The position numbers were made by a program, and so were the translations under genes. A stretch of 64,000 nt of DNA from Alphaproteobacteria bacterium (GTDB lineage: Bacteria > Pseudomonadota > Alphaproteobacteria > Caedimonadales > UBA1908). Where the stretch lies: assembly GCA_013911655.1 (NCBI GenBank), contig JACESU010000001.1:256063-320062 (forward strand), in the 5' to 3' direction. The notes below the pieces were generated by a model. The model was given only the letters and a program-made list of their open reading frames with translations, did not search any database and was not told the DNA's origin. This document shows positions 8,257 through 17,946 of the stretch, piece after piece (within the stretch, counting starts at the first letter, position 1; each line of letters starts with the position of its first letter).

Positions 8257-10236
8257 ATGAAAAAAATTCGTGAAACATCTGTAGGTTATCTTACCCTTGT
8301 GGGTGTGATGGGAGCCTTTTTATCGGGGTGTGATCATCCGCAATCCACATCATCATCTAAGGTGGCCCAAGGTACAGAGAAGCCGGCGGCGCGCACAGTT
8401 GAGCAGATGCTGGCTGAAAAAGGTCATATGAATGAAGATCTTAAACAGGGTGTAGAGCTTCTTTTAGCTGGTAACTACCAAGAGGCTTCTAAGTCTTTTA
8501 ACCTTGCCCTTTTCAAAGATCAAACCAACGGGTGGATTCACTATCTTAATGGTTTAAGCTATCAATTGCATGCAAAACAAGGGGATATTACGCAGTACGA
8601 CCTGGCCCAAGCCGCCTTTGAGCAAGCGTTAAAATATGATCCCAACAACATGATGGCGTCCTTGCAGCTTGCGCGTGTGTTTTCAGCAAAAAAAGATTAT
8701 GCCAAAGCTCAAGAAGAGTTGGCCAATGTCTTGATCATGGAGCCTAACAACAAAGACGCTGCTTACGAGCTTGCTTATGTTTCCTATCAAAGGGGTGACG
8801 TCAAGTCTGCGAGCATGGCGATTAATAGGGCCGCCACCCTTGCCCCTCAAAATCCAGAAGTCAGGCGTGCAGAAGCCATGATTTTAGCAGCGTCCGGAAA
8901 AGGGGAAAAAGCCCTCGAGCAGCTTGCACAGTACCAAAATGGTCACAAAGCAGATGCAGATATTGCGCGCACTCAAAAGCGTGTTGAGGAATGGAACACC
9001 CTTTATAAAAACGGGCTTGTTCTTGCCCAAGCAGAAGCAGCGCCAAATCCCAGTGCGGATATTGATGCAGCAGCCGCCGGCGCAGAAGCAGCGCCCGATG
9101 CACCCACGGCCAGTACTGAAGGCCAAGGCGCACCTGATGGGAGTGCTGCTGGAGCCGCGCCTCATCACGAAGCCCCAGCTGCTAAGGTTGCACCAGCCAA
9201 AGCGCCTCAAAGCGATATGATCTTTTTGGACGCAGTGGTGCTGCGTGTGAGTGATGAAGGTCAAACCACAAAGGGTAACAACATCTTAGACGGTCTGAAT
9301 GTGTCCTTGTCACCTGGCAGCTATGGTAAGGGCTGGTCGAAGTCGAATAACACAGGCGGCGGTTCCTCCCAGAGCTTTGGGTTCCTGCAAGGAACAGCTG
9401 CGGCCGGTGCCCTTACAGGGTCGGGGATTAATCCTATTGCCGATGGTCTTTCGACAACGCGCGTCTTTACACAAGGTGTTAGCTTTTCTACGCTGAACTA
9501 CAGCTTGAAAATTGCCAATGCCGAGCGCAACTATGTTGAGGTCGTTGGACGTCCGTCGCTTGTTGCGTCTGTGGGTAAACCCGCAACATTTTTCTCGGGT
9601 CGTGAGCTGACCTTGGGCTTGACCGGTCAAAACGGTGGTACTATCCAAAAGGTGCCTGTGGGAACAACCCTTAAGGTCACCCCTTCAGCCCTTGAAGGTA
9701 ATATGGTGACCCTTGATATCGCTCTTTACGGAAGTTTGATCACCGACAACACCTTCTTGTCCAACGATCCGACACAGCGCTGGACAGATGTGGGACTCAG
9801 TAAGGTCACGACCAACATCCAAGTGGCCCTGGGGGAGACAATTATGCTTGGTGGTATCAGTGAGCGTATTGATATTCAAGACAAATCAGGGTTCCCAGTC
9901 TTGCAAGACATCCCCGGCGTTCAGCTCTTGTTCTCGCGGGAAACCACAGACAGTCAGCGTAAATCTGTGATGTACCTGATAACACCGCGCTCTTATTTGG
10001 ATAACAAGAAAAAAACTGCCACCATCACGATTAGTGACAGGGGCGAGAATATGACAGAACTTGAAAGGCGTAACCAAAACTGGTTCGATCCTGCGAATAA
10101 CACGGTTGTGATCTTGAAAAGCCTTTCACCTCTGTATAGAGAGTTTAGGCATGCTGATCTTCCACCCATGAAGTGGGACATGCCAAATGTTGTAGGTATG
10201 CAAGTAGAGCAGGCTCTAAGCTTCATTTACTATTAA
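8257..10236 (+). CDS. lipoprotein with N-terminal TPR domain, Ala/Pro linker and C-terminal secretin domain
   Basis: GGGAGG SD before the ATG at 8257. Lipobox FLSGC. TPR-like repeats span roughly aa 60-240. The C-terminal secretin signature is GETIMLGGISERIDIQDKSGFPVLQDIPGVQLLFSRETTDSQRKSVMYLITPR. Confidence 0.75.
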   Translation: MKKIRETSVGYLTLVGVMGAFLSGCDHPQSTSSSKVAQGTEKPAARTVEQMLAEKGHMNEDLKQGVELLLAGNYQEASKSFNLALFKDQTNGWIHYLNGLSYQLHAKQGDITQYDLAQAAFEQALKYDPNNMMASLQLARVFSAKKDYAKAQEELANVLIMEPNNKDAAYELAYVSYQRGDVKSASMAINRAATLAPQNPEVRRAEAMILAASGKGEKALEQLAQYQNGHKADADIARTQKRVEEWNTLYKNGLVLAQAEAAPNPSADIDAAAAGAEAAPDAPTASTEGQGAPDGSAAGAAPHHEAPAAKVAPAKAPQSDMIFLDAVVLRVSDEGQTTKGNNILDGLNVSLSPGSYGKGWSKSNNTGGGSSQSFGFLQGTAAAGALTGSGINPIADGLSTTRVFTQGVSFSTLNYSLKIANAERNYVEVVGRPSLVASVGKPATFFSGRELTLGLTGQNGGTIQKVPVGTTLKVTPSALEGNMVTLDIALYGSLITDNTFLSNDPTQRWTDVGLSKVTTNIQVALGETIMLGGISERIDIQDKSGFPVLQDIPGVQLLFSRETTDSQRKSVMYLITPRSYLDNKKKTATITISDRGENMTELERRNQNWFDPANNTVVILKSLSPLYREFRHADLPPMKWDMPNVVGMQVEQALSFIYY

Positions 10237-10255
10237 TGAAATATCGCTAAAAGAT

Positions 10256-10284
10256 AAAAAAAGGCGCGAAAGCGCCTTTTTTTA
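10256..10284 (+). terminator. rho-independent terminator after the secretin gene
   Basis: aaggcgc-gaa-agcgcctt stem-loop followed by TTTTTT. Confidence 0.8.
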
Positions 10285-10449
10285 TGGGTCAAAATTCTTT
10301 TGAGATTATTTCTCTCATTAGTGCTTACGTTTGAGTCAATAAGGTTTTTGAAAATAAAGAATTCTAGGGGGATTATTCTCAGTGAAAAAAAGAAGAGAAA
10401 AGGAAAATATTTACCATTTGGCAGTTTTTTGCGTACGAATTTTTAATTT

Positions 10450-10478
10450 CTTACAAAAATAATGCAGACATGTACAAT
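10450..10478 (+). promoter_or_regulatory. sigma70-like promoter candidate for 10496..12559
   Basis: CTTACA, a 17-nt spacer, then TACAAT. It ends 18 nt upstream of the ATG, and AGGA lies before the start. Confidence 0.4.
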
Positions 10479-10495
10479 CCGTACAGGATGAAAAA

Positions 10496-12559
10496 ATGTC
10501 TTATAGAACTTCTTTTGTTAAAAATCTATTTCTTATGTCTTCCACATGTCTTGCGGCTACAACCTATGCCAGCGAGGTGATCGAAGGAGAAAATTTAGAA
10601 CGCTCTCCCAAAAACACAAGCACGCTTATTTCACACTTTGAAAGAGAGTCGACATCTCCTACAACGGGCAAAAGGCGCTCTCCTGCATCTTTAAGCCCTC
10701 AAATGCCCCCTGTTGCGGGAGAAAGTTTTATAGGTAGAGAGCAAACTGACTCTTTTAAATCGCCGCCTCGTATTCGCCTTTCAGAAAGGTCGTGTGTAGG
10801 CAGTAAGGCAAAAGGAGTTGAGCATTTATTGTCGCCGCGTCTCTTGCCAACCTCTTCAAGAAAAGAACCACGACCAGCGTTTGTTAAAACATCCTCTTTG
10901 CGCACGGTTGCTATGTCACCTGCTGAAAGTGTCTCAAAGAACGCTACACAAGTCTCCTCTCATAAAGATATGCGCTCTCTTAAAAGCACGCTTCCAAAAC
11001 AATCATATGACTTGCATCAGATGAAGGACGGCGCAAGACGACATGCAAGTCTGGAAGCCGTTGTTGGTGCAATCCAAGTTTTGCAAACACCCGAGCGACA
11101 ACAGCGCACGGCAACTACTTTAAAAGAAACTTATTCCTTGTCGACCTTGCCGACGCTGCTTGGGCATGAACCATTGCCAATCGATGATGCTTCAGGCGAT
11201 GAATTAGCGCCTGATATGGGACCAACAACGTCTTTTGACATGCATATCAAGTGGGATGAGGTGTCACTGTTAAGTGAGCAAAAATCGGGCCATATTAAGC
11301 ACCTTGATTTGTCAGCAATTGGCCTTTTTTGCGGGGAATATTCTGAAATTGTTGAGTTGAGCCAACATGTCAAAGAGGGAGGGAATAACGGGATTACGCC
11401 GTCTGCAATTTTATCAGCTCAAGAAGACACAAGTGACGTATCGTTTGTACAAATCGAGATCCCGTCGGTGCCACGTGTGCCTCGTATTCCACTAGATCAG
11501 TTGAGTAAGTTACATAAAACGCCTGTCTCTGTTTTACCTGTCGCGTCTGGCAGCAGGTCATCCCCAAGTTCTGAAAGAGTGTCTCCTATGTCACTGGTTA
11601 AGAGTTTATCGGCTGAACACGTGAGTTTTCTTGTGGCCATGGAAATATTTGATCGTCAAAAAAGCGTATTTTTGGCGGATCTCGCCCAACAGAAAAGCAA
11701 CAATGTTATTCTAAGGTCTCTTTCTGGAAGGCCTACTGATAGGGTTTATAGAGATTTTATAGAGTTGAATTTTAAAGATTATTTTTCCGAGGCTGAGCGA
11801 GGCAAAAGTACTTCTGTTGCGAAGGATTCTGGCGTAATTCTGACGACCCTTTTGTATATTGCTGAAGATTTTGAACAGGCCGTTACGTGGTATGGCACCA
11901 TGGAGAAGGGACGACTTTCTGACACCGGTCTTTGTGAGACAGCTAAAATGCTGGGAAATGTTTGCCGGTTTTTCGACACATACAGATTAATGTTGGTTCA
12001 TCTTTATACGTCTGTTTGGAGTGTGGTGCCAAAAAAACTCTTATCTGAACCAGATTTTACAGTAGAGCGGATGCAAAAAGGACAAGCGACATACGTAACG
12101 GGCCTTCGAAGGCTTTTGAGCGTTGTCCAAGATTTTCAAGAGTGTCTTCATTTAAGACATGAACAAATGGAGGCTGCTCAAGGGGGGATCAAAGTCTTGT
12201 CAGATAGCAGCGATAGTACTTCGGGAAGTACAACGCCCAAGTGCAGTTCTGATGCAAAACTTTCAAAGTTTAAAAAAAGTAATGCAACGCCTCGCTCTCA
12301 AGAAACTCAAACCGTCATGGGTGAGCAAAGCGATGACACGCACAGTATAAAAGAAAAGAGAGGAAGCAAAGAAAAACGCAGGAGTGCTGAAAAGCTATCT
12401 AGGCAAAATAGTAAAACAGCGATGACCTCTTCGTCACACTCGCTTCAAACGCAAGAAACATCTGTTGATATACCACGAGAACCTATAAGTCCTGCTGATC
12501 TGTCTCCCAGAAAAAAGAAGGGATTTGGCCACAAATTCAAACAAGTCATCGGCCTTTAA
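10496..12559 (+). CDS. secreted Ser/Pro/Lys-rich protein with conserved helical core, tandem paralog 1 (687 aa)
   Basis: Signal-like N-terminus. Long low-complexity flanks surround a core (about aa 365-555: EHVSFLVAMEIFDRQK...LLYIAEDFEQAV...LYTSVWSV) that is shared with the next gene. Confidence 0.6.
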   Translation: MSYRTSFVKNLFLMSSTCLAATTYASEVIEGENLERSPKNTSTLISHFERESTSPTTGKRRSPASLSPQMPPVAGESFIGREQTDSFKSPPRIRLSERSCVGSKAKGVEHLLSPRLLPTSSRKEPRPAFVKTSSLRTVAMSPAESVSKNATQVSSHKDMRSLKSTLPKQSYDLHQMKDGARRHASLEAVVGAIQVLQTPERQQRTATTLKETYSLSTLPTLLGHEPLPIDDASGDELAPDMGPTTSFDMHIKWDEVSLLSEQKSGHIKHLDLSAIGLFCGEYSEIVELSQHVKEGGNNGITPSAILSAQEDTSDVSFVQIEIPSVPRVPRIPLDQLSKLHKTPVSVLPVASGSRSSPSSERVSPMSLVKSLSAEHVSFLVAMEIFDRQKSVFLADLAQQKSNNVILRSLSGRPTDRVYRDFIELNFKDYFSEAERGKSTSVAKDSGVILTTLLYIAEDFEQAVTWYGTMEKGRLSDTGLCETAKMLGNVCRFFDTYRLMLVHLYTSVWSVVPKKLLSEPDFTVERMQKGQATYVTGLRRLLSVVQDFQECLHLRHEQMEAAQGGIKVLSDSSDSTSGSTTPKCSSDAKLSKFKKSNATPRSQETQTVMGEQSDDTHSIKEKRGSKEKRRSAEKLSRQNSKTAMTSSSHSLQTQETSVDIPREPISPADLSPRKKKGFGHKFKQVIGL

Positions 12560-12877
12560 CTAAAAATGGCAGCCCTTCTTTTATTTATAAAGAAGGAAAA
12601 TATAAGAAAATTAGTATGGGCGTTGAAAAGAGAATAAAAATGAAGTGTGGAAAGGGGGCTATTTCGTGACATTATGTTAGGAAAACTCCTTTCTCTTCAA
12701 AAGAAACTGGTTTAGTCTTTCTTGTAATATACTGATTTAAGTTCAAGAAAACGTCTGTTTATCAACGAGGGCGCGTTAATAAGTTAAGTTAAATTATTTA
12801 CCAATAGTCAATAATTTCTGTAATAGTTTCTTAACAGATTACTAAAATAATAAAAACGTGCACAACCAAAACAGGAT

Positions 12878-14689
12878 ATGGACATGTCACATAGATCATA
12901 CCTTTTTTATACTTTGGTTTTTATCTCATCATCCATAGGGATCGACATCGTCCATGGAACTGATGAAGGGGACAGGCTCATGAGCCCATTACATACTACT
13001 CAGCACCGCAGATTACCCCACGTCATTGAAGCAAGAGATAAATCCCCCCTCAGATCTAAATCACCCCAAACAAGTCCACGTGATAATGCAGAAACTGACA
13101 ATCGACGCTTTCCTGTTATTGTGCCATCACGTGTGGGAAAAGTTCACGTAGTGGTAGGCAAACTTGAAGATGAAAGCTCTTATGAAATGCCGCTTGTTGA
13201 CACAAAGAATAGTGCGCTTGTTTTTCCCAAAAAAAGCGATACCCCTGAAAATGATCTCCAAAATTCTGCCTCCAGCTCGCTCAAAGAAGTGGGAAGTTTT
13301 GACAATATTGATTTTGATAATCTGACAACGGCCCTATGCATGCTTAAAGAAAACGAACAAAAACCTGTTTGCGGAGAAGACTCAAATAGAGCGCTTGCGA
13401 TGCCAACAATTATCCACAACCAGCCGATCACGTCGCAAACAGAGCGTCGTAAATCGCCGCGTCCAAGATCCCTTGTGAGACCCTTAAAGCCCGAAGACAT
13501 CTCTTCTTTCCAAGAGGGAGGGTTACCGTGTCGCACCCTTAAACCCCTTGATTTGGGCCCTATCGCCAAAGCTCATGTATGCAATCAAAGACTTACAGAG
13601 CTTAGTAAACGAGTTCGAGGGAGTGCCAAGTCAGAAGAAGGAGCTAAAGAAGGGGCGTTAGGGATTCCGTCCTCAAGAAAATCACCGACGGCGCGTGTTC
13701 CTCATCTCCCGGTGGAACAAATTATGTCGCATAATGCGTCTGGATCCGGGACTCCTTCTCCTCTCTCAACCCAAAGAGGACTGTCTCTTGAGCATGTGAG
13801 TATTCTTACAGCCCTAGACACCTTTGATAAAAGAAAAGTGACTTTTCTTTGGGACTTAGAGCAACAAAAAGAGCGCAATATTATTTTGAAAGACCGTACA
13901 GATCGTCCAACAGAGAAGGTTTATGGTGAGTTCAAAAGCTTAGATTTCAAAAAATACTATCAAGAAGTGGGGCAAGGAAAAAAGGATGCGATTACCCATG
14001 ATGCTCCTATTATTTTGCGGACCCTTTTATACATTGCGGATGATTTTGAAGAAGCTCTTAAGCATTATACTGACCTTGATAAAGGAAGATTTTCCGATAA
14101 TATCCTCATTGAGACATCAAAAACCTTAGAGCACTTACACAAATTTTTTGAGGGCTACAGCATGATGTTGGCGCTTTTGCATACGTCTGTTTGGAGCGTG
14201 ACATCAAGACATCACCTTGCTTCTCATGGTCTCCTCCCAGAAAAACTTGCCTCTGCCCAGTTGACCTATGTGGTCGGCATGAGCTCTGTTGCGACGTTGA
14301 TGCAGGATTTTAAAGAATCTATCGAAGCAAGGCGCAGCCAGTTGCGCGCTCAAGAAAGTGAAGGATCACCCGAAAGTAAAGAAAGCCACTCGTCAGGAAG
14401 CGCCACATCGTATGTTGCGCCTCAAAGGAAAAAAGCCTCACCAAGTGCAAAAGGGATGTCTTCCTTTTCAAGGACGGACAGTAGCGATGTGCTACCTTCT
14501 AAAAAAGCGCGCCGCAAAAGTGAAACCCGACATGGCCGGTCGTCCCATGGGGAAGAAGCTTCTCTTGCTTCTATGACAAATCCCTATAAGGCGCGGACCC
14601 CTAGTTTTGATCAAGAGCATAAAACGGGAGAGGGGGCCCAAAAAAAGCCAGGCATTGGCTCAAAACTAATAGACGCCTTTTTTCAATAA
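12878..14689 (+). CDS. secreted Ser/Pro/Lys-rich protein with conserved helical core, tandem paralog 2 (603 aa)
   Basis: Hydrophobic N-terminus. The core (about aa 300-485: EHVSILTALDTFDKRK...LLYIADDFEEAL...LHTSVWSV) is colinear with the paralog 1 core. Confidence 0.6.
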   Translation: MDMSHRSYLFYTLVFISSSIGIDIVHGTDEGDRLMSPLHTTQHRRLPHVIEARDKSPLRSKSPQTSPRDNAETDNRRFPVIVPSRVGKVHVVVGKLEDESSYEMPLVDTKNSALVFPKKSDTPENDLQNSASSSLKEVGSFDNIDFDNLTTALCMLKENEQKPVCGEDSNRALAMPTIIHNQPITSQTERRKSPRPRSLVRPLKPEDISSFQEGGLPCRTLKPLDLGPIAKAHVCNQRLTELSKRVRGSAKSEEGAKEGALGIPSSRKSPTARVPHLPVEQIMSHNASGSGTPSPLSTQRGLSLEHVSILTALDTFDKRKVTFLWDLEQQKERNIILKDRTDRPTEKVYGEFKSLDFKKYYQEVGQGKKDAITHDAPIILRTLLYIADDFEEALKHYTDLDKGRFSDNILIETSKTLEHLHKFFEGYSMMLALLHTSVWSVTSRHHLASHGLLPEKLASAQLTYVVGMSSVATLMQDFKESIEARRSQLRAQESEGSPESKESHSSGSATSYVAPQRKKASPSAKGMSSFSRTDSSDVLPSKKARRKSETRHGRSSHGEEASLASMTNPYKARTPSFDQEHKTGEGAQKKPGIGSKLIDAFFQ

Positions 14690-15465
14690 AGGAACGAGAA
14701 AAAAGCCCCGAGGCTTTCGGGGAGGGCTTGAGAAAAAAGGGTGATAAGCGCTGGAAGGGTGAGTGCCATCACAAAGAATCCCAAAAGGATTTGAAGCGGC
14801 TGGCTGACGAAAAAAATCTGAATGGCCGGGGCCAGTCTATTGGCAAGGCCGGCTCCGGCAAAAAAGAAAAGAATCGTCACAAGAAAAGGACCCGCAAGTT
14901 GCAACCCCAAGGTGATACTGGTGGTGGCGGCCTCTAGTAAAAGCCCTGCGCCCCGTTCTGCAAAGAAAGGAAGCCCTGCACTTCCCAGCGGCAAAGCTTG
15001 ATAGCTGTGTACAAACGCCTGAATGATCATATGATGCATATCCAAAAGCAGCATAAAAAGAATGGCTGTGGTGCCAAGAAATACACCGGGAAGGGCGCTT
15101 TGCTGGGCGCTTGCTGGGCTCATAGCAAAGGCGTTGGCAAGTCCTATTTGGTAACCAATCAAAGAGCCCGTGAGATCAAGGGCCGAAAAAAGAAAGCGTA
15201 CAACAAGACTTGCCGTGTAACCTACAAGGGTTTCCACCATCAAAAGCCAAGCAGACTCAAGCCCTGTTTGGGGCATAGTGACGCCGTTTGGCAGGATAAA
15301 AGGGGTGAGCGCTGTTCCTAGGGCCAGCACCACCAACGCTTTAACGCTGCGTGGGATTGTGGGCTCGGAAAAACCTGGGGAAAAGAAAAGAAGGCCCCCC
15401 AGACGCGCTGTCACCAGAATGTAACTATAAAAATCTGCAAGGACGAGGCTTTTAACAGACGTCAT
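14683..15465 (-). CDS. fliR: flagellar export apparatus protein FliR
   Basis: 260-aa polytopic membrane protein. Its start overlaps the fliQ stop (ATGA). Length and hydrophobic pattern are FliR/SctT-like. Confidence 0.8.
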   Translation of the reverse strand: MTSVKSLVLADFYSYILVTARLGGLLFFSPGFSEPTIPRSVKALVVLALGTALTPFILPNGVTMPQTGLESAWLLMVETLVGYTASLVVRFLFSALDLTGSLIGYQIGLANAFAMSPASAQQSALPGVFLGTTAILFMLLLDMHHMIIQAFVHSYQALPLGSAGLPFFAERGAGLLLEAATTSITLGLQLAGPFLVTILFFFAGAGLANRLAPAIQIFFVSQPLQILLGFFVMALTLPALITLFSQALPESLGAFFSFLY

Positions 15466-15734
15466 GAAACGCCAAGCCCCACAATGCGATCAAACAGCTC
15501 ATGGGTAAAGCTGCCAAGCGTGCGCCCAAAGAAGGGAAACAAAAACAGCATGGCCGCGAACGTTGCAAACATTTTAGGAATGAATGACAGGGTCATTTCC
15601 TGAATTTGGGTAAGGGCTTGCAAGAACGAGATGAGCAAACCCGTGATCAAAGCTGCCAACATCAAAGGCGTGCACAGCTTTAAAAGGACGAAAACGCTTT
15701 CCTGTGCGAGATCCAGAACATCGGTAGAGGACAT
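15462..15734 (-). CDS. fliQ: flagellar export apparatus protein FliQ
   Basis: About 90 aa with two TM segments and the FliQ-like sequence LISFLQALTQIQEMTLSFIPK. The internal ATG at 15734 gives the canonical length. Confidence 0.85.
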   Translation of the reverse strand: MSSTDVLDLAQESVFVLLKLCTPLMLAALITGLLISFLQALTQIQEMTLSFIPKMFATFAAMLFLFPFFGRTLGSFTHELFDRIVGLGVS

Positions 15735-15892
15735 TTTTACGCTTTTCACTCCCAAATAACTTGACACTCGCCTCAAGGAACTATACTGAATAGAGGCAGT
15801 TGACGTAAAGGGCTGTGTCGTTTTGTGCCCAATGATTCCCAAGGTGGGGCAAAAAGCACATACAGACACCACAGACAAAGAAGAGTTTTAAG

Positions 15893-16414
15893 ATGTTTGC
15901 AGTAGTAAAAACAGGCGGCAAGCAATACAGGGTTTCCCCTGGAGATGTCGTTTTGGTCGAAAAGATCGAAGGTGAAGCAGGTCAAAGCATTCATCTTGAT
16001 CACGTTTTGATGTTTGGTGATGCGGATAAGGCCACCGTGGGTGCGCCTCTTGTGGACAAAGCACTTGTACACGCTGTGATTCGCGAGCAGACACGCGGCG
16101 ATAAAATCATCGTCTTCAAAAAGCGTCGTCGCCAAGGATATCGCCGTAAGGCTGGTCACCGTCAGGATCTGACAGTCCTTGAAATCGGTGGCATCGAAGT
16201 AGGTGGCAAGCTTGTGGCAAGCGCTGAAGTAAAAGCAAAAGTTAAGGCCGAAAAGCCTGCAAAAGCTGAAACACCTGCAGAGGTAGAGGCTCCTGCAAAG
16301 AAGGCAGCTCCTAAAAAGACAGCCGAGAAAAAAGCAGAAGTAGCGCCAGCAGAAGACAAGCCCGCAAAGAAGACAACAACACGCGCTAAGAAAACAGAAC
16401 AAGCTTCTGAATAA
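15893..16414 (+). CDS. rplU: 50S ribosomal protein L21 with Lys/Ala/Glu-rich C-terminal extension
   Basis: [18 protein letters not shown]... is the canonical L21 N-terminus. The roughly 70-aa tail is [28 protein letters not shown]... Confidence 0.92.
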   Translation: MFAVVKTGGKQYRVSPGDVVLVEKIEGEAGQSIHLDHVLMFGDADKATVGAPLVDKALVHAVIREQTRGDKIIVFKKRRRQGYRRKAGHRQDLTVLEIGGIEVGGKLVASAEVKAKVKAEKPAKAETPAEVEAPAKKAAPKKTAEKKAEVAPAEDKPAKKTTTRAKKTEQASE

Positions 16415-16444
16415 GTGCAGTTGACGAGGTAGAGGAGTAAACAG

Positions 16445-16699
16445 ATGGCCCAGAAAAAGGCAGCAGGTAGTTCTCGTAACGGTCGCGACAGCGCCGGTCG
16501 ACGCCTGGGTGTAAAGAAATTTGGCGGTGAGCATGTGCTTTCCGGCAACATCATCGTGCGTCAACGTGGCACAAAGTATCATCCTGGCGATAACGTCGGG
16601 ATGGGCAAGGATCACACACTTTTCGCATTGATCGAAGGTGCTGTTCAGTTCAAGCGTGGCAAGGGTGGTCGTACCTTTGTTGGCGTGTTGACTGACTAA
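16445..16699 (+). CDS. rpmA: 50S ribosomal protein L27
   Basis: [29 protein letters not shown] is the canonical L27 sequence. Confidence 0.95.
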   Translation: MAQKKAAGSSRNGRDSAGRRLGVKKFGGEHVLSGNIIVRQRGTKYHPGDNVGMGKDHTLFALIEGAVQFKRGKGGRTFVGVLTD

Positions 16700-16724
16700 G
16701 CAACGCCAAAAGACATACGTCAAA

Positions 16725-16760
16725 GGGGGTGCCTTAAAGGTTGCCCCCTTTTCGTGTTTA
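16725..16760 (+). terminator. terminator candidate after rpmA
   Basis: GGGGGTGCC-ttaaa-GGTTGCCCCC imperfect hairpin followed by TTTTCGTGTTT. Confidence 0.5.
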
Positions 16761-16791
16761 TGGGGCAGTCCCCTTCTTACCTATTCCCTAA

Positions 16792-17880
<1,089 letters not shown>

Positions 17881-17946
17881 GTTTAAAACCTCTAGGACCC
17901 CTTGATTTGTAAAAGAGGCTCTAGAGGATTATCACTCTTTTCCCAA

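Noticed and set aside
14683-15734. fliQ/fliR (and fliI/fliJ at 33974-35736) as parts of a non-flagellar type III injectisome that could deliver the F-box proteins
   Set aside because: No sctC, sctV, sctJ, needle or translocon genes are nearby. The fliQR and fliIJ pairing and the nearby che operon fit a flagellum. The candidate effectors carry Sec-type signals, which T3SS substrates lack.
15761-15787. TTGACA ... TATACT as the rplU promoter
   Set aside because: The spacer is only 15 nt, so I am not confident enough to list it as a feature.
15773-16723. 316-aa ORF on the minus strand spanning rplU and rpmA
   Set aside because: It lies fully antisense to two unmistakable ribosomal protein genes. 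Its Cys/Leu/Phe-rich translation is typical of an antisense artefact.
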